Assembly (NCBI GenBank): GCA_012512805.1
Contig: JAAZDN010000075.1
Span: 1 to 56,441 of the forward strand
Direction: 5' to 3'
DNA: 56,441 nt
Origin: Erysipelothrix sp.
GTDB taxonomy: Bacteria > Bacillota_I > Bacilli_A > Erysipelotrichales > Erysipelotrichaceae
Made by a program: the position numbers and the translations under genes. Below are positions 20,480-29,138 of the stretch, in pieces. Every line of letters starts with the position of its first letter. Positions within the stretch are counted from its first letter, which is position 1. The notes below the pieces were generated by a model, which worked only from the letters and a program-made list of their open reading frames with translations, did not search any database and was not told where the DNA came from.

Positions 20480-22549
20480 ATGAAATTTAGTAAACGATTT
20501 TTTCTTTTGCTACTGACAATGACTTTATTTTTAAGTCCAACTGTGTTAAATGTCAGTGCAGCATCAGCTGATAGTAAAAATTTTTATTATCCATACAAAC
20601 GACTTACACGGACAAATTGATCCTAAAGTTCAAGAATTGGCATACCTCACAACATACTACAAACAGCATGGTGATATTTTATTAGATGCTGGGGACGCGT
20701 CACAAGGTCTTCCAATAAACAATATTTCTGAAGGTGCTGAAATGGGGTGTTTAATGAGTGAGATGGGATACAATGCGATGACGATTGGTAATCATGAATT
20801 TGACTACACACTCAACCATGTTATTGATCCTAACCAAGATGGTTTCTTCAAATCATCAACTGCAATTACCAAACTGGCGAGTAATGTATATTATGAAGGT
20901 ACAGAAAATAATGTCTTTGAACTAAGTAAGATTGAAATGATTAAGGGAATTCAATTTAGTATGTTTGGACTTGCTACACCTGAAACGAAGACAAAGGCAG
21001 ACCCTCGTAACAGTAGCGGTATTGAATTTAGAGATCCAATTGATGCACTAAGATGTGAAATTAATAAATCTGAACATAATGACTCAAAATACTTTATTAT
21101 TCTTGAACACTTAGGGGATGATCCGGTGACAAAAGAAGAGTGGAGAGGCGATACTTTAGCAAATACTTTAGCTACAGATCCTGATTTTGTTGGAAAGAAG
21201 TTTATCGTCATTGATGGTCACTCTCATTCAGAATATGCAAACGGTGAAAAATACGGAAGTAATGTAATTTATGGACAGACAAAAGGGACATTAGAAACCT
21301 TCGGACAAATTACTATTGATTTATCGAATTTCGAAGCATCTGAGGCTAAAACAATAAAAATGCGTGCACAATATGCCTTAACAGAAACAATGAAGGCCTA
21401 TACTACTGATCCAACGATTGTTGCGAAACTTAAGGATATAAATGATGCATTCGAACTTGCGACATCAAAGGTTGTTCTGCCTAACTTAATGGTTGATCTT
21501 AATGGGGAACGTGCTGATGTCCGTACGGGTGAAACCAATTTAGGAAACTTAATATCAGATTCAATGTTTGAGTATACAACGAATACATTTTCAGTAAAAC
21601 CTGACCTTGCGGTTATGAACGGTGGAGGAATCAGAGCATCAATTAAGCCGGGATCTGTAAGTATAAAAGAAATCATTACAACAATGCCCTATGGTAACCG
21701 TGTTGTTCAAATTGATGTTTTAGGTTCTGACATTTATAAGATGTTTGAACACGGACTTAAGGCTCCAATTGCCTTTGATCCAGAAGGAAATATGCTCTTT
21801 GATGAAAATGGTCAACCAAAATTATCACAAGATCCTTCGATCCTTCACGTATCTGATACGGTCAAATTAAAGTTTGATCCACGTCGTGCTGCAGGAGATC
21901 GAATCACAAGTTTAGAAATTTTAGATCAAGACACACAGCAATTTGAAATCGTTGATTTAAATCGTACATATAAACTCGTAACACTTGAATTCTTAGCAGT
22001 AGGTGGAGATGGCTTTACGATGTTAAGTGGAGCGCGTCAAGAGGGGAAAACAGATTCTGATATCTTTGCAGATCACTTTGAGTTAAATACGATTGACTGG
22101 ACTAAATATGCTCAAGATGCACCAAAGCGTGTTGCACCATTAAGTTTTGCAAATCTAGATGTTACAAAAACATACTTAGCATCACTTAAAAGTGCAAACA
22201 CAGCACTCACAAATACGAAATTCACAAAAGCATACGCGATGTATTGGCAGTTGTTCTTGCTGAATATGAAGCAATAACAAACAAGGTTAAAGGAGTTGGA
22301 GACGATAAGCTCGTTATCAATGCAGAGTATTCAACAGCACTTGTTGCAATCAATGAGGCAGTTTCAAATCTAGTTAAAGAAGTTGAAAAACCTGTTGAAC
22401 CATCTGATACAAATGAGAGTGCCACTGATAGACCAGATGTAAACACTGGTATTCATCAAGACTATCCACTATTTGGACTTGGACTTTCAATCATCAGTCT
22501 TGCTGGATATGTACACCTTAGAAAACGTAAAATGACAGCTGAAAATTAG
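20480..22549 (+). pseudogene. Cell-surface 5'-nucleotidase / 2',3'-cyclic-nucleotide phosphodiesterase (UshA/CpdB-like) broken by two frameshifts
   Basis: The signal peptide MKFSKRFFLLLLTMTLFLSPTVLNVSA/AS (frame of 20480) stops at 20618-20620. The catalytic body (IIHTNDLHG, GNHEFD, GHSH) runs in the frame of 20550-22277. The C-terminal sorting-signal segment (DVNTG, hydrophobic helix, RKRK) is in a third frame, 22244-22549. Confidence 0.8.
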
Positions 22550-22587
22550 GTTATCTTTTCGCATAGTAATATTAGTATTTAAATATG

Positions 22588-22654
22588 AAAAAAAGTTAAG
22601 ACGTTACTCTATCATCTATCCAATGGATTCAGAGTATTAATCTTAACTTTTTTA
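22588..22654. terminator. Long bidirectional hairpin between convergent genes
   Basis: AGTTAAGA..TACTCT (594-610) pairs with AGAGTA..TCTTAACT (631-648). An A-run lies on the left and a T-run on the right. Confidence 0.6.
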
Positions 22655-23497
22655 CTATTTGTTTTTAAAGGTAAAGACATTGATTTCAGCCGGTGCATTG
22701 ATACGGACATCGCTTTCTTTTGTTCCAACACCATTGCTGATGTAAAGTTGAATTCCACGCACATTGTGACTCTTAGCGTAATACAGTTCCGCAAGTGGTT
22801 GGTTAAAGATTTGGCCAAGAAGAGGAATATTTATTTGTCCTCCATGACTATGTCCAGCGATAACAAGTTCTGTATGTTGCGGTACATCATCAATAGTATC
22901 AGGTGTATGTACGATTGTTAAGGTGTAATTTTGATCATCAATATCTTTGTACGCCTCATTAATGTTATCACGTTTATTCAGTGGGCTATCAATCCCTATT
23001 AAATTCATCCCGTGAACTGTTTTATTTGTAATGAGTACAGATGAATTCTTTAGGACTTCGAAGTCACTTTCAAATAAAATACGTTCAGTCTGTGTATTAA
23101 TTGCTTCACTTGCATAATCTGCTTCACCAAGTACTGCGAATTTACCATGTGATGCATCTAAACTCTTAAGGTGTTTAATAAGTTCAACTTCCTGTTCTTC
23201 ACTTAATTCTTTACTGAGTAAATCACCACCGAAGATGATGACATCTCCATTTACAGCTTGCAGTGTTTCAATCAATTGTGCGAGTCTATTTTCGTCAAAG
23301 AATTCCAAATAGTGAAGATCACTAACGTATGCAATTTGAAGATCATCAAGTTCTTTATCAATTTTATCGTCAATAATCGTATGATAATTTATTCTTAAAC
23401 GCTCGGAAGCATGATTAATCCCATCATATATGTAGTATCCTGTACCGATCATTAGTAGGCTTAATACTAATAGGATTTTTGTTTTTGTTTTCATCAT
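22655..23497 (-). CDS. Membrane-anchored metallophosphoesterase (YkuE-like)
   Basis: 280 aa with an N-terminal TM helix and the motifs SDLH, GGDL and GHSHGGQ. Confidence 0.8.
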   Translation of the reverse strand: MMKTKTKILLVLSLLMIGTGYYIYDGINHASERLRINYHTIIDDKIDKELDDLQIAYVSDLHYLEFFDENRLAQLIETLQAVNGDVIIFGGDLLSKELSEEQEVELIKHLKSLDASHGKFAVLGEADYASEAINTQTERILFESDFEVLKNSSVLITNKTVHGMNLIGIDSPLNKRDNINEAYKDIDDQNYTLTIVHTPDTIDDVPQHTELVIAGHSHGGQINIPLLGQIFNQPLAELYYAKSHNVRGIQLYISNGVGTKESDVRINAPAEINVFTFKNK

Positions 23498-23715
23498 CTG
23501 CCACCTCTTAATAATTCTAGCATATTATTATTTATACTGCTCTAAAAGGGTTCTTTTTATACATTTTAATAAATATTAAACAAAATTACATTGCATACGA
23601 CAATACTTAATACAAATAATATATGTTTTTGCAAATATGATGCATTTTTCACAAATATTTTACACTATTACGTATAGGTTGTGATATAATAAATTAATAG
23701 AAGGGGTTGAGTCGA

Positions 23716-25005
23716 ATGTCTTTAATATTTTCAAAAATGCAAAAACATATTGATGGCTTTAAAAGTCTAACGGCAAACAAAAATGTCTTAGATGTAAATG
23801 ACGTTGCTCAAGTATTTATTCCATTAGCGAATGGGATGAGCACCGCTGTTGAATTAAAGGTCAATGTTGGAGATAGAGTAAAAGTAGGGAGTTTGATTGG
23901 ACATCGTAATGATTTCTTTTACGTGCCAATTTTTTCAAGTGTATCTGGAACTGTTGTTGCGATTGAAAAACGAACACATGGAGCCGGACAAATTGATCAC
24001 GTTGTAGTTGAGAATGACTTTAAGTTTGAACAGGCTGAATTAGATACGATTAATTATGAAACAGCTTCACGAGAAGAACTTGTTGAATTTGTCAAAAACA
24101 AAGGGATTGTTGGATGTGGGGGAGCTGGCTTCCCAACATATGTTAAATATCAAAAGCCAGAAGGTATTAATAAGGTTATTATTAATGCTGTTGAATGTGA
24201 ACCATTCATTACTGCAGACTATAAAGAAATTGAAGATAACGTCCGTTACTTAATGACCGGAGTACTTGCTATGCAAAAGATGGCAGAAGCAAAAGAAGTC
24301 GTTATTGCAATTAAAACAGGTAAAAAACTTGTCACTGATATTATGAATAAAGCATTACCAAATGCGAGTGTTTCAGTTGTAGAAGTACCTGATGCATATC
24401 CAATGGGTTGGGAAAGAACATTAATTCGTCATTTAGAGAAAAAAGAATATGAAAATATTCCATCTGAAATAGGCTTAATTGTTAACAACTCAACGACAGC
24501 AATTTCACTCGGTATGGCAATGGAAACAGGGATGCCAATTGTTAATAAATTTGTAACAGTAAGTGGAGATGCTTTAAAAGATCCAGTAAACGTTAATGTT
24601 TTAGTCGGAACGCCAGTCAGTAAATTACTTGAAATTACAAAATTAAATCGTGATGAAGTCGTACTCATTAATGGTGGACCAATGATGGGTAACTCTATGG
24701 AAACAGATGAGTTTGTCATTACACCAAACACTAATGCGATTACAGTAATGGCAGAAGTTGTTACTGAAGCAATTTCATGTTTAAGATGTGGTTCTTGTAG
24801 TGACCACTGTCCAGCAGGTTTACAGCCTGTTCGAATTATGGAAGCATATAAGAGTCAAGATTGGGATGAAGTACGTAAGCTAAGAGCGGATAAGTGTATT
24901 GAATGTGGATTATGTTCATACGTATGTCCTTCTAAAATTGAAGTTTCTAACCAAGTAATTCTTGCGAAAAGAACGATCGCAAGTCTTGATAAAAATAGGA
25001 GGTAA
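23716..25005 (+). CDS. rnfC: Rnf complex subunit C (NADH-binding, 2x[4Fe-4S])
   Basis: Contains GGAGFPT, CLRCGSCSDHCP and CIECGLCSYVCP. ATG 23716 is preferred (9 nt after SD GAAGGGG); the track TTG at 23707 abuts the SD. An extended -10 TGATATAAT lies at 23682-23690. Confidence 0.9.
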   Translation: MSLIFSKMQKHIDGFKSLTANKNVLDVNDVAQVFIPLANGMSTAVELKVNVGDRVKVGSLIGHRNDFFYVPIFSSVSGTVVAIEKRTHGAGQIDHVVVENDFKFEQAELDTINYETASREELVEFVKNKGIVGCGGAGFPTYVKYQKPEGINKVIINAVECEPFITADYKEIEDNVRYLMTGVLAMQKMAEAKEVVIAIKTGKKLVTDIMNKALPNASVSVVEVPDAYPMGWERTLIRHLEKKEYENIPSEIGLIVNNSTTAISLGMAMETGMPIVNKFVTVSGDALKDPVNVNVLVGTPVSKLLEITKLNRDEVVLINGGPMMGNSMETDEFVITPNTNAITVMAEVVTEAISCLRCGSCSDHCPAGLQPVRIMEAYKSQDWDEVRKLRADKCIECGLCSYVCPSKIEVSNQVILAKRTIASLDKNRR

Positions 25006-25008
25006 GTT

Positions 25009-26502
25009 GTGAAGTATATTACACGAATAAGACCAAATTTCCGTGATCGCATTTCTACAATGCGCATCATGCTTGATTTAACACTTGGATTGCTCATCTT
25101 AACAATCGTAGCAGCTGTATTTTATAGCCAAACTGTTAGTTTAAGTGTTGGACTACGCGTTGTCTACGTTGTAGCAACAGCTGTTATTACAAATATTGTT
25201 TTAGAACTATTATTTGGAATGGCTCGTAAGAAAACCATAAAACAAGTTTTCAAACAACAATTCCCATGGGTAACGGGATTAATCTTAGCCTTAGCCGTTC
25301 CGGTTACAACTAACTTATACGTTGTCGCAATGACGACTGCAATTTCTGTTATATTTGGAAAAATAGTTTACGGTGGTTTTGGACAAAACGTCTTTAACCC
25401 AGCGGGTATTGGACGTGCGATTGTATTCTCAAGTTTTGCACGACCAGTTGTTGAAAGTATTACAAAAACTAGTGACATTTTTACAAGTGCTACACCAGCC
25501 AACCTAATGAACTCATTTGGATGGTTACCAACTGTAGAAGCTTTTAATTCGAAAGCCTTTGCTCATATTGATTTAAAAGGATTACTCTTTGGAAATCACT
25601 TCGGTACAATCGGTGAAACCTTTGCAATTGTAATTATTTTAGTAGCAATGTATTTAATTGCTCGCCGTGTTATTGATTGGAGAATTCCAGTTGTTTATGT
25701 TGGAACACTCTTTATTGCAGCATGGATTATTGGAGCAGTAAATGGTTTAGGTATTTGGTATCCATTAACATTCGTCTTAAGTGGTGGAGTCCTCTTTGGA
25801 GCAGTCTTCATGTTAACAGATCCTGTTACATGTCCAACCCAAGTAACAGGCCGTGTTGTCTTTGCAATGGGTGCTGCTGTTATTACACTTTTAATTCGAT
25901 TCTTAGCAAATGCACCAGAAGGTGTTGTATTCTCAATCTTAATTATGAATATGTTGACACCATTAATTGAAGATTTCTTAAATGGTCAACAAACACGTAT
26001 GAAAAAACGTTACGTATCAATCGTTGTCTCAATGGTTGTCGTCGTAGGCTTAAGCATTGTTTGGGTTACACAATCCGTTGATGCAGTTGCACCAACACTT
26101 GACTTAGGTGAACAGGTCACATCAGACATTGAAGATGTTGATCGTTATGGACTAACATCAATCGAAAGTAAGGCAGATGGGGCAAATACACTTTATACAG
26201 TCGCAGTTGAAGGATATGGACTACGTGATTCAGAATATCAAAATCCAAAATATCAAGAAAATATTATTGAAGTTGTAGTCGATAGTAACAACATTATTGT
26301 CTCTGCTAAAATGACGCAGTTTGGTGATACTGAAGGTATTGGTGATCTTGTGAATGATGATCTCTACTTTGAAACATTTGTAGGCAAAGATCTCAGTAAG
26401 GCAGATGAAATGTATGATACAGTGTCAACAGCTACGAAAACAAGTTATTCATTTATTCGTGCACTTCGCGCAATAAGTGATGAAATCGGAGGCGACAAAT
26501 AA
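25009..26502 (+). CDS. rnfD: Rnf subunit D with an additional C-terminal TM helix and FMN_bind-like domain
   Basis: The core has SGGVLFGAVFMLTDPVT (the covalent-FMN site region). The protein is 497 aa. After about residue 330 come a hydrophobic helix (RYVSIVVSMVVVVGLSIVWV) and a domain of about 110 aa ending DTVSTATKTS. Confidence 0.88.
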   Translation: MKYITRIRPNFRDRISTMRIMLDLTLGLLILTIVAAVFYSQTVSLSVGLRVVYVVATAVITNIVLELLFGMARKKTIKQVFKQQFPWVTGLILALAVPVTTNLYVVAMTTAISVIFGKIVYGGFGQNVFNPAGIGRAIVFSSFARPVVESITKTSDIFTSATPANLMNSFGWLPTVEAFNSKAFAHIDLKGLLFGNHFGTIGETFAIVIILVAMYLIARRVIDWRIPVVYVGTLFIAAWIIGAVNGLGIWYPLTFVLSGGVLFGAVFMLTDPVTCPTQVTGRVVFAMGAAVITLLIRFLANAPEGVVFSILIMNMLTPLIEDFLNGQQTRMKKRYVSIVVSMVVVVGLSIVWVTQSVDAVAPTLDLGEQVTSDIEDVDRYGLTSIESKADGANTLYTVAVEGYGLRDSEYQNPKYQENIIEVVVDSNNIIVSAKMTQFGDTEGIGDLVNDDLYFETFVGKDLSKADEMYDTVSTATKTSYSFIRALRAISDEIGGDK

Positions 26503-27413
26503 TGAAAAGAACCTTATATTTAGCATTATTCTTAGCAGTAGTTGCGGGCTTAGCGGGTGGACTGTTAACCTTAGTCGACTCTGTAACTCGTGATAAAATT
26601 GCTGAAGCTGAAATTTCAAAAGAATTAGTATACTTAGAAGTGATTTTCCCAGGTGGAACCTTCACCAAAGAAACTGAAAAATTAGAAGGAGCAGCTGGAC
26701 TGCTTGACCTCTATACAGTTGAAGGAAAAGGAACGGTATACAAGGTTGAAGAAACTGGATTTGGTGGAACAATTGTGTATCTCGTCGGTTTTGATACAGA
26801 TCAAAAAATTGTTGGTACTTCAGTGATCAGTCATACTGAAACACCAGGTTTTGGTGATGTTATTGAAACGGATACATTTAGTAGTGCAAACAGCGGTAAA
26901 AAAGCAACTGATCAATTATATATTTCATCTGGAGCAACTGTTTCATCTAAGGCAGTTAACCGTGGTATTTTAGCTGCTGCATCACATCTTTCTGGTGGTG
27001 AACTGGTAGCAGAACCTGAACAGCCAACCTTAGGCGATAAGGTCAGTCTCTCTGATGAAAAATTAAGTAAGTATCCAGCAACCATCGAATCAACAGAAGA
27101 AGATGGAGACAACGTAGTTTATCGTGTTAAAGCTGAAGGATACGGTCTTGTAGCCTCAGAATATCCAAGTCCTGATTATAAAGAAAACCTCTTTGTAATA
27201 ACAATCAATAAAGAAACAAGATCAATTGTCTCAATTGAACTTGAAGAATTTGGAGATACAAAAAATATTGGAGATGTCATTGACAATCCATTATACTTTG
27301 AATTATTTGTAGGTGTTAATTCACTTGACGCAGAAGTTGATACATACTCAAATGCGACGATCACGAGTTATTCACTCTTTAGTGCCATTAACGCGGTCTT
27401 AGCAGATCAATAG
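26502..27413 (+). CDS. rnfG: Rnf subunit G with two FMN_bind domains
   Basis: It has an N-terminal TM helix. The first domain carries the canonical SSGATVSS. The second domain (residues about 171-303) ends DTYSNATITS and is paralogous to the RnfD extension. Confidence 0.88.
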   Translation: MKRTLYLALFLAVVAGLAGGLLTLVDSVTRDKIAEAEISKELVYLEVIFPGGTFTKETEKLEGAAGLLDLYTVEGKGTVYKVEETGFGGTIVYLVGFDTDQKIVGTSVISHTETPGFGDVIETDTFSSANSGKKATDQLYISSGATVSSKAVNRGILAAASHLSGGELVAEPEQPTLGDKVSLSDEKLSKYPATIESTEEDGDNVVYRVKAEGYGLVASEYPSPDYKENLFVITINKETRSIVSIELEEFGDTKNIGDVIDNPLYFELFVGVNSLDAEVDTYSNATITSYSLFSAINAVLADQ

Positions 27414-27423
27414 GGAGGGTACA

Positions 27424-28071
27424 ATGTTTAAAAAAATTAAAGATAGTTTAGTTAACAATAATCCTGTCTTCTCATTATTTTTAGGATTATGTAGTGCCCT
27501 AGCGATTTCATCATCACTTGATAATGCGTTAGGGATGGGAGTTGGAGTCATTGTTGTACTCTTTATGAGTAACACTGTTATTTCATTAATTAGAAAAATT
27601 ACTCCAGACGAAATTAGAATTCCAGTATATATTGTAATTATTGCGGCTTTAACAAAATCACTTGATTTAATGATGGCTGCATATACGCCGATGTTGCACA
27701 GCTCACTTGGTACATTTATTCAACTTATTGCGGTAAACTGTATTATTCTTGGACGAGCTGAAAGTTTCGCATCTAAGAATGGAGTCTTTGCTTCAATGAA
27801 AGATGCATTAACAATAGGACTTGGCTTTACAGTATCACTTGTCTTAATATCAGTTACTCGTGAATTCTTAAGTACGGGTGGTTTGATCTTGAGTAATCCA
27901 TTTACAGGACTTCAAGTTGTTCAATTAGGCTTACCAGAAGCCTTAGCAAGTGATCTTAGTATTACACTCTTTAGAGCGCCTGCTGGAGCCTTCTTCACAT
28001 TTGCACTCTTTGCAGCATTATTTGCCTTTATTGGTGATGATAAGCGTAAACAGAAAGGGGTCTCTAAATAA
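27424..28071 (+). CDS. rnfE: Rnf subunit E
   Basis: 215-aa polytopic membrane protein at the expected position in C-D-G-E-A-B order. It resembles the RnfE/NqrD type (NNPVFSLFLGLCSALA). Confidence 0.88.
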   Translation: MFKKIKDSLVNNNPVFSLFLGLCSALAISSSLDNALGMGVGVIVVLFMSNTVISLIRKITPDEIRIPVYIVIIAALTKSLDLMMAAYTPMLHSSLGTFIQLIAVNCIILGRAESFASKNGVFASMKDALTIGLGFTVSLVLISVTREFLSTGGLILSNPFTGLQVVQLGLPEALASDLSITLFRAPAGAFFTFALFAALFAFIGDDKRKQKGVSK

Positions 28072-28637
28072 TGCATTATTTATCAATTTTCTTTGGAGCA
28101 ATGATTATCGAAAATATTGTTCTTACACGATTCTTAGGACTTTGTCCTTTCTTAGGTGTATCTAAAGATAAGAAGTCAGCGGTCGGAATGGGCTTAGCAG
28201 TAACCTTTGTTATCTTTGTATCTAGTGTCTTATCATATTTCTTAAGTCAAGTATTATCTAAGTATAACATTCAATATTTAGACCTTGTCTTATATATTTT
28301 AATTATTGCGGCATTTGTTCAACTTGTTGAACTCTTCTTAAAAGTTAAGATGCCAACCCTTTATAAGAGTTTAGGAATTTATTTACCACTCATTACAACA
28401 AATTGTGCGGTACTCTATGTTGCACTCACAACAGCTCGTATGAGTGATTTTGTTGAAGTTATCGTTTATTCATTAGGTGTTCCACTTGGATTTATGTTGA
28501 TGCTCTTCTTATTCTCAAGCATTCGTGCACGTTTAAAAGCATCATCTGTACCAAAATACTTTATTGGAAATCCAATTGCCCTAATTACAGCAGGACTTAT
28601 GGCCATTGCCTTTAGCGGTTTAGCAGGAATTATTTAA
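28071..28637 (+). CDS. rnfA: Rnf subunit A
   Basis: 188-aa polytopic protein of RnfA/NqrE type (ENIVLTRFLGLCPFLGVS, LPLITTNCAVL). Confidence 0.88.
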   Translation: MHYLSIFFGAMIIENIVLTRFLGLCPFLGVSKDKKSAVGMGLAVTFVIFVSSVLSYFLSQVLSKYNIQYLDLVLYILIIAAFVQLVELFLKVKMPTLYKSLGIYLPLITTNCAVLYVALTTARMSDFVEVIVYSLGVPLGFMLMLFLFSSIRARLKASSVPKYFIGNPIALITAGLMAIAFSGLAGII

Positions 28638-28780
28638 TGCTAGCAGGCCTTGTTCTAGCACTTATTGGAGGACTTTACGCACTGCTCTATTTTCTAAATG
28701 GACGTGCAAAAATGCCAGAAGGAGTCTCAGTCGTTACCGGATGTTCGATGTGTAATGATGAGCACTGCTCGAGACATTAA
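28637..28780 (+). CDS. 47-aa membrane micro-protein with a C-terminal Cys cluster
   Basis: Not in the ORF track. It has a TAATG overlap with rnfA. The translation is MLAGLVLALIGGLYALLYFLNGRAKMPEGVSVVTGCSMCNDEHCSRH. The architecture (one TM helix, a basic patch, CxxCxxxxC) resembles FeoB-associated Cys-rich membrane proteins. Confidence 0.55.
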   Translation: MLAGLVLALIGGLYALLYFLNGRAKMPEGVSVVTGCSMCNDEHCSRH

Positions 28781-28797
28781 ACGATGATGGAGGATAT

Positions 28798-29109
28798 ATG
28801 TTTATTTATGCTTTAAGTATTATGGTGGGATCAGGTTTAGTTTTAGGTTTTATATTAGGCTTTGCAGCATTTAAACTGCAGGTCATTGAGGATCCGCTCG
28901 TTGAACAACTAACAACTCTTTTACCAGGTATTAACTGTGGTGGTTGTGGCTATGCAGGATGTGAGGCATTTGCTAACGGTATTGTTGATGGTGACGTTAA
29001 AAAGATTTCGCAATGTCGTCCATCAAATGATGAACAAAGATCAAGTATTTCAGAATTATTAAAAAACACCCCAAATCAAAAGGGTGAATTCATTGATATT
29101 AAGATTTAA
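28798..29109 (+). CDS. rnfB: Truncated-format Rnf subunit B: membrane anchor plus a single Fe-S module, no ferredoxin domains
   Basis: 103 aa with a TM helix, then NCGGCGYAGCEAFANGIV...C. The ORF ends in TAA and is followed immediately by a strong terminator, so the short length is encoded rather than an edge artefact. Confidence 0.75.
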   Translation: MFIYALSIMVGSGLVLGFILGFAAFKLQVIEDPLVEQLTTLLPGINCGGCGYAGCEAFANGIVDGDVKKISQCRPSNDEQRSSISELLKNTPNQKGEFIDIKI

Positions 29110-29113
29110 ATTT

Positions 29114-29138
29114 AAAAGCTGAATAATCAGCTTTTTTT
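29114..29138. terminator. Bidirectional terminator between rnfB and alr
   Basis: AAAAGCTGA-ATAA-TCAGCTTTTTTT. It overlaps the alr stop codon. Confidence 0.85.

Noticed and set aside
23625-23665. Possible Rex (redox repressor) operator upstream of rnfC because of a TTCACAA half-site.
   Set aside because: The partner half-site matches the TTGTGAA consensus at only 2 of 7 positions, so this is not a convincing operator from sequence alone.
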